The notes beneath the pieces were generated by a model. That model made no database searches, had not been told where the DNA came from, and saw nothing but the letters and a program-made list of their open reading frames with translations. DNA of 40,562 bases from Anaerolineaceae bacterium (GTDB lineage: Bacteria; Chloroflexota; Anaerolineae; Anaerolineales; Villigracilaceae), in contig BQMV01000001.1 of the NCBI GenBank assembly GCA_022181005.1, positions 1 to 40,562 of the forward strand, read 5' to 3'. Each line of letters begins with the position of its first letter. The first letter of the stretch is position 1. The position numbers and the translations under genes are program-made. Shown here in pieces: positions 18,869-29,171 of this stretch.

Positions 18869-20359
18869 ATGACTACCATTGACCTAACGATTGATAAAGC
18901 GCGTCGTCAACGCGCCGTACAGCGCGCCAGAGAACGCAATATTATCATCCCAACTTACGCGCAGATGAAAGACCCCTCAAAGATTCCTTCAAGAATTCAA
19001 GAGGAATTGAGCGGCATCGGATTATGGGATCTGCATCCGCGCAACTTGTTTCGTATTACTTGGAAGAATCACCCGGTCGCCGCGTCGGGCGTGGACGCTT
19101 CGAGCGCGCTCAAGACACGCTTTGGCGGAGTCAATTATCTTGAACTGCCTTCCTCGTTAACGGGCGTAAAGGCTAGGATCATTTGCATTGTTGGCAAGTG
19201 GTTCCCTACCGGAGCGCATAAAGTAGGGGCGGCGTTCTCGTGCCTTGTGCCGCGTCTCGTGACTGGTCAGTTCGATCCGACCACGCAGAAGGCGGTTTGG
19301 CCCTCCACAGGCAATTACTGTCGCGGCGGCGCTTACGATTCCGCGCTGTTGGGCTGCGAATCGATCGCTATTCTGCCTGAAGGGATGTCGAAAGAACGAT
19401 TCGATTGGTTGAAAACTGTGGCGGGTGAGATCATCAAAACTCCCGGCAGCGAATCGAATGTTAAGGAAATTTTCGATAAATGCTGGGAATTGCGCAACTC
19501 CGGTCAAGACCTGATGATTTTTGATCAGTTCCAAGAGTTCGGCAATTACCTGTGGCACTATGATGTGACCGGGCGCGCTATGGCGGAAATCATCGAACAG
19601 GCGCTGGGCGCGGGCGACCGCTATCGCGGCATGGTTTCGGCGACAGGTTCGGGAGGGACGATCGCCAGCGGCGATTACCTGAAGCAGCTGTATCCTGAGA
19701 GTAAGATCATCGCAAGCGAAGCGTTGCAATGCCCAACGCTGCTCGAAAATGGATTTGGCGCGCATCGCATCGAGGGCATCGGCGATAAGCATGTCCCCTG
19801 GGTGCATAACGTCAAGAACACGGATATGATCGCGGCGATTGACGATAATGCGGTAGTCAATTTGGCGCGCTTATTCAACGAAGAACACGGTCGCGCTTAT
19901 CTGGTGGAGCGGGGCGTCCCGGAAGAGACGGTCGCACAGCTTGACCTATTGGGCTTTTCCGGCGTAGCCAACGTTCTATCGTGCATCAAAGCCGCGAAAT
20001 ATTACGAAATGGATGAAAACGACGCGATGTTGACCATCCTGACCGATTCGATGGAACTGTATCGTTCGCGCATGCACGAGATGAATCAAGAGTTTGGCGA
20101 GTACAGCGAACGCGACGCGGCGGCAGGCTTCGCTCGTTATCTGCAAGGCGAATCGACCGACAACCTGCTTGAGCTGCGTTATACGGATCGCCGCCGCGTG
20201 CATAACCTGAAGTATTACACTTGGGTCGAGCAGCAAGGCAAAACCTATCAAGAAATTCAGGCGCAATGGTACGATCCCAATTACTGGACAAACGTACAAA
20301 AGCAGGCGGATGAAATTGATGAATTGATCGTAGAGTTCAATCGCGAGGTTGGGCTTTAA
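18869..20359 (+). CDS. Fold-type II PLP-dependent enzyme (TrpB/cysteine synthase superfamily), function unknown
   Basis: GAHKVG (PLP Lys), WPSTGNY, TGSGGT, HRIEGIG; SD AGGAG. Confidence 0.85.
   Translation: MTTIDLTIDKARRQRAVQRARERNIIIPTYAQMKDPSKIPSRIQEELSGIGLWDLHPRNLFRITWKNHPVAASGVDASSALKTRFGGVNYLELPSSLTGVKARIICIVGKWFPTGAHKVGAAFSCLVPRLVTGQFDPTTQKAVWPSTGNYCRGGAYDSALLGCESIAILPEGMSKERFDWLKTVAGEIIKTPGSESNVKEIFDKCWELRNSGQDLMIFDQFQEFGNYLWHYDVTGRAMAEIIEQALGAGDRYRGMVSATGSGGTIASGDYLKQLYPESKIIASEALQCPTLLENGFGAHRIEGIGDKHVPWVHNVKNTDMIAAIDDNAVVNLARLFNEEHGRAYLVERGVPEETVAQLDLLGFSGVANVLSCIKAAKYYEMDENDAMLTILTDSMELYRSRMHEMNQEFGEYSERDAAAGFARYLQGESTDNLLELRYTDRRRVHNLKYYTWVEQQGKTYQEIQAQWYDPNYWTNVQKQADEIDELIVEFNREVGL
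19094..19120 (+). repeat. 27-bp in-frame element (DASSALKTR)
   Basis: GACGCTTCGAGCGCGCTCAAGACACGC; 19/27 identical, in the same frame, to the element at 32018-31992. Confidence 0.6.
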
Positions 20360-20455
20360 CTTTTTATCTTGCGTTGATGCATGGAGGCTTGAATTTAGAA
20401 GCCGCTATAGACAGATTCGTTGGGCGGTTTGGCTGCTCGATGAACAAAGAAGACA

Positions 20456-20950
20456 TTACAATCTTCCTGTTTGCATATATTTCAGGATCCTCGGGTTGTA
20501 TTTCCCGATAACCGCCGCCGATTCATCTTCGAGCATTCCCCCAAAATAACTCTTGATATGGCGTCGGATGTATGGGTTTGATTCCAGGGTGATTTTGGAA
20601 TGAACGACCATATCGCGCAACGCATAGATGATATGAGGCACATCTGCCATAACGACCGCACCCAAACACATGGGGCAGGGTTCGACGGTCGTGAACAGGA
20701 TCGCCCGCCTGAAGTCCGTCCAGAGTTTTTCGCCGCCGTTGAGCAACGCGTTCAGTTCGGCATGCCTGATCTGGTTTTTGCTTTCTTTGTGACGAGCCCG
20801 TCCGCGTGAAATGATCTCTCCATCCAGCACAAGGACTGAGCCGATGGGATATTCTCCCGCTTTCCCCGCTTCATCTGCTTCGAGGAGCGCCTCGCGCATA
20901 AATTTTTCAAGATTGAGATGTTCGATTTCGGGCGAGATGTATTGTGTCAT
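20456..20950 (-). CDS. Zn-dependent nucleoside/tRNA deaminase (TadA/CDA-like)
   Basis: HAE and EPCPMC motifs. Confidence 0.85.
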   Translation of the reverse strand: MTQYISPEIEHLNLEKFMREALLEADEAGKAGEYPIGSVLVLDGEIISRGRARHKESKNQIRHAELNALLNGGEKLWTDFRRAILFTTVEPCPMCLGAVVMADVPHIIYALRDMVVHSKITLESNPYIRRHIKSYFGGMLEDESAAVIGKYNPRILKYMQTGRL

Positions 20951-20954
20951 AGTG

Positions 20955-22370
20955 TTACGCCATGTGCGGCGGAGACTTGGGCTTTTCTTTTGAAGTCCCC
21001 AGCGCCGCGTTCAACGCCTGATCTACCGAGCGGACTTCGACGATCTCGATTCCCTTCGGATACCCTTCGCCTTTTCGCAACGCCTTCGGCACGATGGCGG
21101 TTTTGAATCCCAATTTCTGAGCTTCCTTCAAACGCGCTTGCATCTGCCCCGGCATCCGCAATTCGCCCGCGAGACCGATCTCGCCGATCAACACCGCGTC
21201 TGCCTTAACTGAAATATCTTTCCACGAAGAAGCAATTGCCGCGGCAATGGCGAGGTCGGCGGCAGGTTCGTCAATTTGCAAGCCGCCCACCACGTTGACG
21301 AACACATCCTGCTCCGAAAGTTTCAATCCCACGCGGCGAGTCAACACGGCGGAGATCAATAACAAACGGTTGAAGTCCACGCCGTTGGCGGTTCTGCGCG
21401 CGTTGCCGAACTGGGTCGGGGAGGTGAGTCCCTGCACTTCGACGAGGATCGGGCGCGTGCCTTCCATTGTCACCGCAATCGCGGACCCCGCCGCGTTGAC
21501 CATTCGCTCCGCGAGAAACGCCTCCGATGGATTCGTTACTTCGACGAGTCCGCCTTCGCGCATTTCAAAGACTCCCACTTCGGATGTTGCGCCGAAACGA
21601 TTCTTCACCGAACGCAACAGACGATAGGCTTGGAAGCGGTCGCCTTCGAGATAAAGTACAGTATCCACAATGTGTTCCAACACGCGCGGACCTGCGATGG
21701 TCCCTTCTTTGGTCACATGCCCGATCACAAAGACCGAGATGCCGCTGGTCTTTGCCAACTCGCGCAATTGCGAAGAACACTCGCGCACCTGACTCACCGA
21801 GCCAGCCGACGAGTCCATGCTGGAGAGGTATACGGTTTGGATCGAATCCACGATCAACAATTCGGGCTTCACTTCGTTGATGTGATTCAAAATGATCTCG
21901 AGATTGGTCTCGGTGACGAGCAACAAATTTTTTGGCAATTCTTTTTTGCCGTTCAAACGCGTCGCGCGCATCTTGATTTGACGTTCCGACTCTTCGCCTG
22001 AAACATACAGAACCCGCTTTTGCCCAGCCATCTCCATTGCCATTTGCAACATCAACGTGGATTTACCGATGCCCGGATCGCCGCCGACTAACACGATGGA
22101 GCCCGGCACGATCCCGCCGCCTAACACGCGCGCGAATTCCTCGATGGGAACGCGGATGCGGTCTTCATCTCCAGCGGAGACGTCGCCGATGGAACGCGGG
22201 GCAGACCGACCCGTGAGTCCGCGAACCGCAGTGGACTTCGTCACCGGTTCATCGTGGATCACTTCCTCCACCATGCTGTTGAACGATCCGCACTGCGGAC
22301 ATTTGCCCATGTACGACGCGGCAACGCGCCCGCATTCTTGACAGACATATCGTGTTTGTGTTTTTGCCAT
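20955..22370 (-). CDS. radA: DNA repair protein RadA/Sms
   Basis: C4 Zn finger, GDPGIGKST, KNRFG, Lon-like C-terminus. Confidence 0.97.
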   Translation of the reverse strand: MAKTQTRYVCQECGRVAASYMGKCPQCGSFNSMVEEVIHDEPVTKSTAVRGLTGRSAPRSIGDVSAGDEDRIRVPIEEFARVLGGGIVPGSIVLVGGDPGIGKSTLMLQMAMEMAGQKRVLYVSGEESERQIKMRATRLNGKKELPKNLLLVTETNLEIILNHINEVKPELLIVDSIQTVYLSSMDSSAGSVSQVRECSSQLRELAKTSGISVFVIGHVTKEGTIAGPRVLEHIVDTVLYLEGDRFQAYRLLRSVKNRFGATSEVGVFEMREGGLVEVTNPSEAFLAERMVNAAGSAIAVTMEGTRPILVEVQGLTSPTQFGNARRTANGVDFNRLLLISAVLTRRVGLKLSEQDVFVNVVGGLQIDEPAADLAIAAAIASSWKDISVKADAVLIGEIGLAGELRMPGQMQARLKEAQKLGFKTAIVPKALRKGEGYPKGIEIVEVRSVDQALNAALGTSKEKPKSPPHMA

Positions 22371-22403
22371 ACGAATCTTCCCCTCTCCCTAAGGGTGAAG
22401 TCG

Positions 22404-22425
22404 AGTATAACAGAATTTCTGTTCT
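22404..22425 (-). promoter_or_regulatory. radA extended -10 with adjacent LexA-like box
   Basis: Minus-strand TGTTATACT; AGAAC-AGAA-ATTCT at 22425-22412, one mismatch to AGAAC-N4-GTTCT. Confidence 0.5.
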
Positions 22426-22442
22426 AATTGCGTTGGGAAGTT

Positions 22443-22451
22443 TGCTATACT
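22443..22451 (+). promoter_or_regulatory. Extended -10 promoter of the ZIP gene
   Basis: TGCTATACT; SD AGGAG before the ATG at 22497. Confidence 0.5.
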
Positions 22452-22496
22452 TGTTTTGTCGTGTTGTTCTAAGCGTATCTACAATAGGAGAAATGT

Positions 22497-23312
22497 ATGA
22501 TCGAATGGTTCGTTCAACTCAGCCCTGTTTGGCAAGCGTTGATCGCTACAGGATTCACTTGGCTTGTCACCGCGCTGGGTGCAGCGACGGTTTTCTTTTT
22601 CAAGCGAGTTAACCGCAAATTGTTGGATGGGATGTTGGGGTTCGCGGCGGGCGTGATGATCGCGGCTAGTTTTTGGTCGTTGCTTGCGCCCGCTATTGCG
22701 ATGACGCGCGAGATGAACGTCGCTCCGGTCTGGTTGCCGGCGGCGGTTGGATTTTTATTGGGCGGTGCGTTTATCCGCTTGATTGACCTCTTTCTGCCGC
22801 ATTTGCATCTCGGCTTTCCGTTGAGCGAGGCGGAAGGGCTTCCGACAGAATGGCGACGGAGTATTTTGCTTGTGCTGGCAATCACCTTGCATAATATTCC
22901 CGAAGGCTTGGCGATCGGAGTCGCTTTCGGCGCAGTAGCGGCGGGAATGTCGTCTGCGACTCTGGCTGGGGCGGCAGCGCTTGCAATCGGGATCGCGATT
23001 CAAAATTTTCCCGAAGGCATGGCAGTCTCCGTTCCGCTGCGATCGGAGGGTATGTCGCGTTTGAAGAGTTTTTGGTTTGGGCAGTCTTCAGCTTTGGTCG
23101 AGCCGATTGCGGGAGCGTTGGGCGCGGCGGCAGTGTTGTTGATTCGCCCTATTTTGCCGTATGCGTTGGCGTTTGCGGCGGGCGCGATGATCTTCGTGGT
23201 GGTCGAAGAATTGATTCCCGAATCGCAATTGGCAAAGAACGCCGATTTCGCCACCTCGGGCGCGATGCTCGGATTTGCGTTGATGATGATTCTAGACGTA
23301 GGTTTTGGATAA
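22497..23312 (+). CDS. ZIP family metal transporter (GufA/ZupT-like)
   Basis: HNIPEG and QNFPEG motifs, multi-TM. Confidence 0.92.
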   Translation: MIEWFVQLSPVWQALIATGFTWLVTALGAATVFFFKRVNRKLLDGMLGFAAGVMIAASFWSLLAPAIAMTREMNVAPVWLPAAVGFLLGGAFIRLIDLFLPHLHLGFPLSEAEGLPTEWRRSILLVLAITLHNIPEGLAIGVAFGAVAAGMSSATLAGAAALAIGIAIQNFPEGMAVSVPLRSEGMSRLKSFWFGQSSALVEPIAGALGAAAVLLIRPILPYALAFAAGAMIFVVVEELIPESQLAKNADFATSGAMLGFALMMILDVGFG

Positions 23313-24284
23313 GGATGCGCTCTGCGCCATGAGCGCGTAGACTTGATTTAACAACTCTACAAATTCGCGAGCGGGGCGCTCTTTCAGAATCTCTTTACGC
23401 GTATCGCGATCGAGCGTTTTCAACAGCAAGTATTGCACGGCATATTTTCGAAAGAGTCGTTGTCCGTCTTCTTCGCCGTAAAACTGGACGCTTTTCTGTA
23501 AGTGTTCGCGAACGGTTTCCATCGTCAATTCGTACGGGACTTGCTCGCGGTCATAGCCCGCGAAGATCCACGGGTTGGCGATTGCGCCGCGCCCGATCAT
23601 CACTGCGTTGCAGTTTGTGTGGGTCTTCATTTTTTGAATATCCGCTGCGGCGCGCACATCGCCGCTGCCGACGACGGGGATGCGGACCGACGCTTTCACT
23701 TCGGCGATCGCGTCCCAGTCGGCATTGCCGGCGTAGCGTTGTTCTTTGGTGCGACCATGTACGGCGACTAGCGCGCCGCCTTCTTCTTCCACGATGCGGG
23801 CGATAAGTTTATAGTTTTTGTTCCGCTCCCAACCCATGCGGATTTTCCCGGTGACCGGGATCTTTAGCGCCTTTGTCAGCGCGCGAAACGTTCGCGCGAT
23901 CCGCAATGGACTTGGCATCATGCCTACGCCTGCGCCGCGATCGGCGATAGACTTGGCGGGACAACCCATGTTGATATCAATAATATCGGGCTTCCACTTT
24001 TCCACGATTAACGCGGCTTTGAGAAGCAGGTTTGGGTCTTCGCCATAAAGTTGAAACGCGATTGGACGTTCTGCTTCTTCGTAATATAGTCGTTTGGCGG
24101 GCTCTTTAGAGCGGCTGAGAATTTTCTCCGCCTTGACGAATTCGGTGTAGCTCATCGCCGATCCCAATGCGCGGCAAATCGAACGGAAGGGCCAGTCGGA
24201 GTAGCCGTCCATTGGTGCGAGAATCGCATCTCCGAAGATGGGGATGTTGCGGATATAGAAGTTGGGAGCGCGCGTTTCAATCAT
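23292..24284 (-). CDS. dusB: tRNA-dihydrouridine synthase (DusB/NifR3-like)
   Basis: LAPMDG, DINMGCP, HGRT, MIGRGA; start set to the ATG at 24284, downstream of TATACT. Confidence 0.88.
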   Translation of the reverse strand: MIETRAPNFYIRNIPIFGDAILAPMDGYSDWPFRSICRALGSAMSYTEFVKAEKILSRSKEPAKRLYYEEAERPIAFQLYGEDPNLLLKAALIVEKWKPDIIDINMGCPAKSIADRGAGVGMMPSPLRIARTFRALTKALKIPVTGKIRMGWERNKNYKLIARIVEEEGGALVAVHGRTKEQRYAGNADWDAIAEVKASVRIPVVGSGDVRAAADIQKMKTHTNCNAVMIGRGAIANPWIFAGYDREQVPYELTMETVREHLQKSVQFYGEEDGQRLFRKYAVQYLLLKTLDRDTRKEILKERPAREFVELLNQVYALMAQSASLSKTYV

Positions 24285-24303
24285 CAGCGGCGGCAAGTAT
24301 AAC

Positions 24304-24337
24304 AAAAAAGACTTCGAGATTCTTTGAATTTCCGAAG
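24304..24337 (-). terminator. msrA intrinsic terminator
   Basis: Minus strand CTTCGGAAATTC-AAA-GAATCTCGAAG followed by TCTTTTTT. Confidence 0.55.
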
Positions 24338-24348
24338 GTGGAGCGGCG

Positions 24349-24900
24349 TTACGCCGTTTCCTGCTTCATCATGTTGAGGAAATGTTTGCGGAACTTCGAC
24401 ACCTTCGGCGCGACAACCGCCTGACAATACGGCTGGTACGGATTCCGCGCGAAGTAATCGCGGTGATATTCTTCCGCCGCGTAAAATTCGCCCAAGGCTG
24501 ACACGCGCGTTACGATGGGACTACCCCAGATTTTTTGCGCATTTAACGCCTTGATAAGTTCTTCGGCGATATTTTTCTGCTCATTGTTGTGATAGAAGAT
24601 TTCGGAACGGTATTGTTCGCCGATGTCGTTGCCCTGACGGTTCATTGTGGTCGGATCGTGGATGGCAAAGAATACGTTCAATAGATCGCGATATGAGACG
24701 ACATCTGGGTCAAAGCGTAACTGCACTACTTCCGCGTGTCCCGTCGTCCCGTCACAGACTTCGCGGTATGTCGGATTTGCCGTTCGTCCGCCGGTGTAGC
24801 CAGACTCTACGCTTACGACGCCCTTGACTTCGATAAACACGGCTTCGAGACACCAGAAGCATCCCCCAGCCAGCGTGGCGGTTTGAAGGTTGGCGTTCAT
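24349..24900 (-). CDS. msrA: Peptide-methionine (S)-S-oxide reductase
   Basis: GGCFWC, GHAEVV, HDPT, AEEYH. Confidence 0.96.
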   Translation of the reverse strand: MNANLQTATLAGGCFWCLEAVFIEVKGVVSVESGYTGGRTANPTYREVCDGTTGHAEVVQLRFDPDVVSYRDLLNVFFAIHDPTTMNRQGNDIGEQYRSEIFYHNNEQKNIAEELIKALNAQKIWGSPIVTRVSALGEFYAAEEYHRDYFARNPYQPYCQAVVAPKVSKFRKHFLNMMKQETA

Positions 24901-24978
24901 GATAAGTTCTCCTTTTTCTTGATCTGCCTATTAGACAACACGTTGGAATAAAACCTTATTACGAAAGGGTTACGGAGT

Positions 24979-25046
24979 AAGAAAGAGCGGAGACGACAGT
25001 CTCCGCTCTCGATAAAGGTTATCCCGCAGTTCAACTGCGGGATAAC
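24979..25046 (-). terminator. Two hairpins downstream of clpC
   Basis: GTTATCCCGCAGTT-C-AACTGCGGGATAAC (25018-25046) and AGAGCGGAGAC-GACA-GTCTCCGCTCT (24984-25009); TTCTT follows on the minus strand. Confidence 0.7.
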
Positions 25047-25050
25047 GAAT

Positions 25051-27534
25051 TTACACCACCGGCTCTTCCTCAACTTCGGGGACAGCCTGTTGTTCGAGGA
25101 CGATCTCTCCGTCGGGATTCATCGTCACCAGGATCGAATCGCCGTGCTGGAATTCGCCGCTTAGCAATTTATCCGATAGCGGATCTTCCACCTTCTGCTG
25201 GATCACACGGCGGAGGGGGCGTGCGCCGAATTCGGTATCATATCCAAGGTCCGCGAGGGAAGCGAGGGCTTCGGCTGTGGCGGTCAGGATGAGGTCATGT
25301 TCTTTGAGTCGCTCTGCCACTTTATCCAACTCAAGCGTAACGATCTGCTGGATGTCTTCCTTGTTGAGCGCGCGGAAGATGACGGTTGCATCCAAGCGAT
25401 TGATGAACTCAGGGCGGAACGCGCGTTTGAGCGATTCGTTCAACTTCTTGCGCATGTCTTCGTACGAGAGTCGTTCTTCGGTCACTTCATCGCGTTTGAG
25501 CGCAAAGCCGAGCGACGATTGTTTCTTGATCACGTCCGCGCCGATGTTGGAGGTCATCACGATGATCGCATTGCGGAAGTCCACTTTGCGGCCCTTCGCA
25601 TCGGAGAGGTGACCCTCTTCCATGATCTGCAACAACATATTGTGCACTTCGGGATGCGCCTTTTCGACTTCATCGAAGACAACGATGGAGTACGGTCTGC
25701 GGCGCAAGGCTTCGGTGAGTTGACCTGCTTCTTCGTAGCCGATGTATCCCGGAGGCGCGCCGACCAGACGCGAGGCGGTGTGACGCTCCATGAACTCGGA
25801 CATATCGAGTTGGATCGCGGCTTCTTCACTGCCGAACATGAACTTGGCGAGTGTTTTGGTTAATTCCGTTTTGCCGACGCCTGTGGGTCCGAGGAACATG
25901 AACGAACCGATCGGGCGTTTCGGGTCTTTTAACCCGGCACGCGCGCGGCGGACTGCGCGTGAGATGGCGATGATGGCATCTTCCTGCCCGATGATTCCCT
26001 TGCGGAGTTCATCTTCCATCTTGAGCAAGCGTTGCGATTCTGCTTCGGCAAGTTGCATGAGCGGGACGCCCGTCCACATCGAGACGACTTCGGCGATGTC
26101 TTCCGCCGAAACGACGGGACTGCTCGCGCGGTCCCAGCCGGTGCGCAGGCGTTCGATCTGCTCGCTCAACTCGGTCTCGCGCTCCTGCCATTCGATGATG
26201 TCTTCGTTGTTGCCTTCTTCTTGCGCGAGCGAGCGGTTCTGTCGCGCCTGCCGCAATTGACTGAATAAATCTTTGGCATGTTTCGCGGCGGGACTCTTGT
26301 ACATGCGCACACGCGAGGATGATTCGTCAATCAAATCTATCGCTTTATCGGGGAGGAAGCGTTCGGTCACATAGCGCGTGGATAAATGCGCGGCGGCTTC
26401 GAGCGCCTCATCGGATATCACAAGGTGATGATGTTCTTCGTAGGCGGCGCGAATCCCTTTCAGGATTTGGATTGTCTCTTCCTCGGAGGGTTCGTCCACC
26501 TGGATGGGTTGGAAGCGGCGTTCGAGCGCGGCATCCGATTCGATGTGCTTGCGATATTCGTCCATCGTGGTCGCGCCGATGACTTGCAATTCGCCGCGCG
26601 ACAAGGCAGGCTTGAGGATGTTCGCCGCGTCGACCGAGGAGCCAGCGGCTCCCGCGCCGACGAGCATGTGGACTTCATCAATAAAAAGGATCGCGCCAGA
26701 TTGTTTCAACTCATCAATGACGCGCTTGAGTCGTTCCTCGAACTGACCGCGATACATCGTGCCAGCCACAAGCGAGCCGACATCGAGTTGCAGTAATCGT
26801 TTGTTCATTAATGGGGCAGGGACATCGCCGTCCACGATGCGTTGGGCAAGCCCCTCGACGATGGCAGTCTTGCCGACGCCAGGTTCGCCGATCAACGCGG
26901 GGTTGTTCTTCGTGCGCCGCGCCAAAATTTGGATCACGCGCTCGATCTCCATTTGACGACCGATGACGGGATCGAGTTTTTTCTCTTCCGCTTTCGTTGT
27001 GAGATCGGAAGCGAGTTGATCAATCAACGGGGTCTTTTGATTGGGCTGGGCGCCGCGCGCAGGTCCCACACCGGCAGGCGTCGGGGCGGACGAAGTCGAT
27101 TCGTTCAAGACGCGCCGCGTTTGCCGGCGGATCTGATCCGGCGTCACACCGAGCCGGCGCAACACTTCCAGCGCGCTTCCTTCGACGCGCACCAAGCCTA
27201 GCAAAATATGTTCTGTGCCGATGTAGTGGTGACCGAGACGACGAGCTTCGTCTACGGCGAATTCCAGCACTTGCTGTGTGTCGCCCGCAAGTTCCACGCG
27301 GCTGGGGTCAAATCCCGCCGTGCTAGAGGAAACGCGGCGGATCACTTCGCGCACGCGGTCCGACGTCATGCCGAGTTCGCGCAATACTCGCCCCGCTACG
27401 CCGCCTTCTTCATCCATTAAACCGAGCAATAAATGCTCTGTGCCAATATTGTTGCTGCGGGATTGTTCCGCCTCCTGATGTGCGAGGCTTAAAACCCGCC
27501 TTGCTCGCTGTGTAAAACGTTCCATACCAGCCAT
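25051..27534 (-). CDS. clpC: ATP-dependent Clp protease ATP-binding subunit ClpC
   Basis: Two Clp-N repeats, [24 protein letters not shown]; SD AGGAG supports the start at 27534. Confidence 0.95.
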   Translation of the reverse strand: MAGMERFTQRARRVLSLAHQEAEQSRSNNIGTEHLLLGLMDEEGGVAGRVLRELGMTSDRVREVIRRVSSSTAGFDPSRVELAGDTQQVLEFAVDEARRLGHHYIGTEHILLGLVRVEGSALEVLRRLGVTPDQIRRQTRRVLNESTSSAPTPAGVGPARGAQPNQKTPLIDQLASDLTTKAEEKKLDPVIGRQMEIERVIQILARRTKNNPALIGEPGVGKTAIVEGLAQRIVDGDVPAPLMNKRLLQLDVGSLVAGTMYRGQFEERLKRVIDELKQSGAILFIDEVHMLVGAGAAGSSVDAANILKPALSRGELQVIGATTMDEYRKHIESDAALERRFQPIQVDEPSEEETIQILKGIRAAYEEHHHLVISDEALEAAAHLSTRYVTERFLPDKAIDLIDESSSRVRMYKSPAAKHAKDLFSQLRQARQNRSLAQEEGNNEDIIEWQERETELSEQIERLRTGWDRASSPVVSAEDIAEVVSMWTGVPLMQLAEAESQRLLKMEDELRKGIIGQEDAIIAISRAVRRARAGLKDPKRPIGSFMFLGPTGVGKTELTKTLAKFMFGSEEAAIQLDMSEFMERHTASRLVGAPPGYIGYEEAGQLTEALRRRPYSIVVFDEVEKAHPEVHNMLLQIMEEGHLSDAKGRKVDFRNAIIVMTSNIGADVIKKQSSLGFALKRDEVTEERLSYEDMRKKLNESLKRAFRPEFINRLDATVIFRALNKEDIQQIVTLELDKVAERLKEHDLILTATAEALASLADLGYDTEFGARPLRRVIQQKVEDPLSDKLLSGEFQHGDSILVTMNPDGEIVLEQQAVPEVEEEPVV

Positions 27535-27665
27535 GTTATCTTCTCCTGAATAGTGGATGTATTCTACCAAAAAGCCCGGCGAGTCATCATAGGAAAAAGG
27601 TTAGAGATTATTTGCAATGCTGATACAATATTAAGCGTCTGACTTACGCAGATCGAAATCTTTTA

Positions 27666-27729
27666 CCGCGAATTATGCGAATTATCGCTAATTTTTAAAA
27701 CAATTCGCGTAGGTTAGCGAAATTTGCGG
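27666..27729. repeat. Imperfect inverted repeat built from ~9-bp CGCGAAT units
   Basis: CCGCGAATTATGCGAATTATCGCTAAT versus the reverse complement of 27703-27729: 18/27. Confidence 0.65.
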
Positions 27730-27801
27730 CTTGCCTTAGGGTTTTGCGGCGTAATGCCTAAAACGAGAATTGTGCTCCAAAAGGGAGTAGAGGATGAAGT
27801 A

Positions 27802-28383
27802 ATGCGATCTATATGCGTTTTTTGCGGTTCTTCGGACTCGGTTCATTCCGACTATACAACTGCCGCGTTTTCCCTCGGCATTTTGCTCGCAAATAAAGGG
27901 ATTCGGCTAATCTTCGGCGGCGGCAAAACCGGCTTGATGGGCGCGGTCGCCGACGGCGCGCTTTCAGCGAAGGGCGAAGTGATCGGAGTCATCATCCCTT
28001 CGATGAATACGCCCGCTTTAGCGTATGACGGGTTGACCCGCATGGAAGTTCCACCCGATATGCACGCTCGTAAAGCGCGGATGCACGAATTGGCGGAAGG
28101 TTATATCGCGCTTCCCGGTGGATTTGGCACGTTTGACGAGCTGTTTGAGACGATTACATGGGCGCAAACGGGAACGCACCAAAAGCCTGTGGGGTTGCTG
28201 AACGTGAAGAATTATTACGCGCCTTTGCTTGCCGCTATTGATCATGCGGTTGAGGAAGGTTTTGTTTTTCGCGAACATCGCGACGCATTGGCGTGCAACT
28301 CTAACCCCGCGCAACTGTTGGATACGATGGAAAAATACAGTCATCCGTTTGAGGCGGTGAAAAGGTGGATGCGGGAAGGATAA
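27802..28383 (+). CDS. LOG family nucleotide phosphoribohydrolase
   Basis: ICVFCGSS, GLMG, MHARK, PGGFGTFDE. Confidence 0.92.
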   Translation: MRSICVFCGSSDSVHSDYTTAAFSLGILLANKGIRLIFGGGKTGLMGAVADGALSAKGEVIGVIIPSMNTPALAYDGLTRMEVPPDMHARKARMHELAEGYIALPGGFGTFDELFETITWAQTGTHQKPVGLLNVKNYYAPLLAAIDHAVEEGFVFREHRDALACNSNPAQLLDTMEKYSHPFEAVKRWMREG

Positions 28384-28416
28384 TCGGTCCGCTAATTTAC
28401 TGGCGAACTGTGAGGT

Positions 28417-29091
28417 CTAAAATGAATCTATGGATTTGTTGATTTTTTGCATTCGCTTGGCGAAGACCCAGCCCGCAATCCCCAATACGATAAAACCGAC
28501 GAGAAACACCCAGATCAAAACGGGAAATTTATCCAAATGCGCGCCCACCGTAACAGTGAGTAGAGCAGCAATACCGCGTCCAAGCATGTTCGCCAGCAAG
28601 AAACGCTTGAAGGACATACTCCCCAGTCCGGCAACGTAACACATCGCGTCGTTGGGAACGAATGGCATCACAAGGGAGATTGTATAGAACGCCATGCCCT
28701 GTCCCGTAGCGCTTTTATCCCAGCGGTTTAGCGTTTCGGGCGCGATCCACTTTTCGGCGAAGGGACGTCCGAATTTGCGCGACAGCCAGAACGCGATCTG
28801 CCCGCCAATCACGAGACTCGTCCACGTGAGCAGGAATCCGCCGAAGAAGCCGTAGATGACCCCGCTGCCGATCATGAGCGCTTGTCCGGGGATGAATGCA
28901 AGGAAGACTTGCAGGATGAAGAGCAGAACAAGGATGACGGGTCCCCATAAGCCGTATCCGCGAATGGATTCGATGACTGCATCCAGATTGCCGAACCAGT
29001 ACAGCGACGCTCCGATCGGCTCGCGGTAGAACCAAAGCGCGATCAAAGCGATTAAAACAACGACGGCTAAGATGATTTTTCGAGCGAGCAT
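28417..29091 (-). CDS. TVP38/TMEM64 (VTT/DedA-like) membrane protein
   Basis: FIPGQ, PFVPND...YVAG; start chosen at MLARK (29091). Confidence 0.85.
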   Translation of the reverse strand: MLARKIILAVVVLIALIALWFYREPIGASLYWFGNLDAVIESIRGYGLWGPVILVLLFILQVFLAFIPGQALMIGSGVIYGFFGGFLLTWTSLVIGGQIAFWLSRKFGRPFAEKWIAPETLNRWDKSATGQGMAFYTISLVMPFVPNDAMCYVAGLGSMSFKRFLLANMLGRGIAALLTVTVGAHLDKFPVLIWVFLVGFIVLGIAGWVFAKRMQKINKSIDSF

Positions 29092-29171
29092 AATGGTTGA
29101 ATCTCGAGGATTGTTTGTTGAGTGTACGGGGAAAAGCAACTATGTGGAAGAAAGGCTAAAGAATTTCTTGG

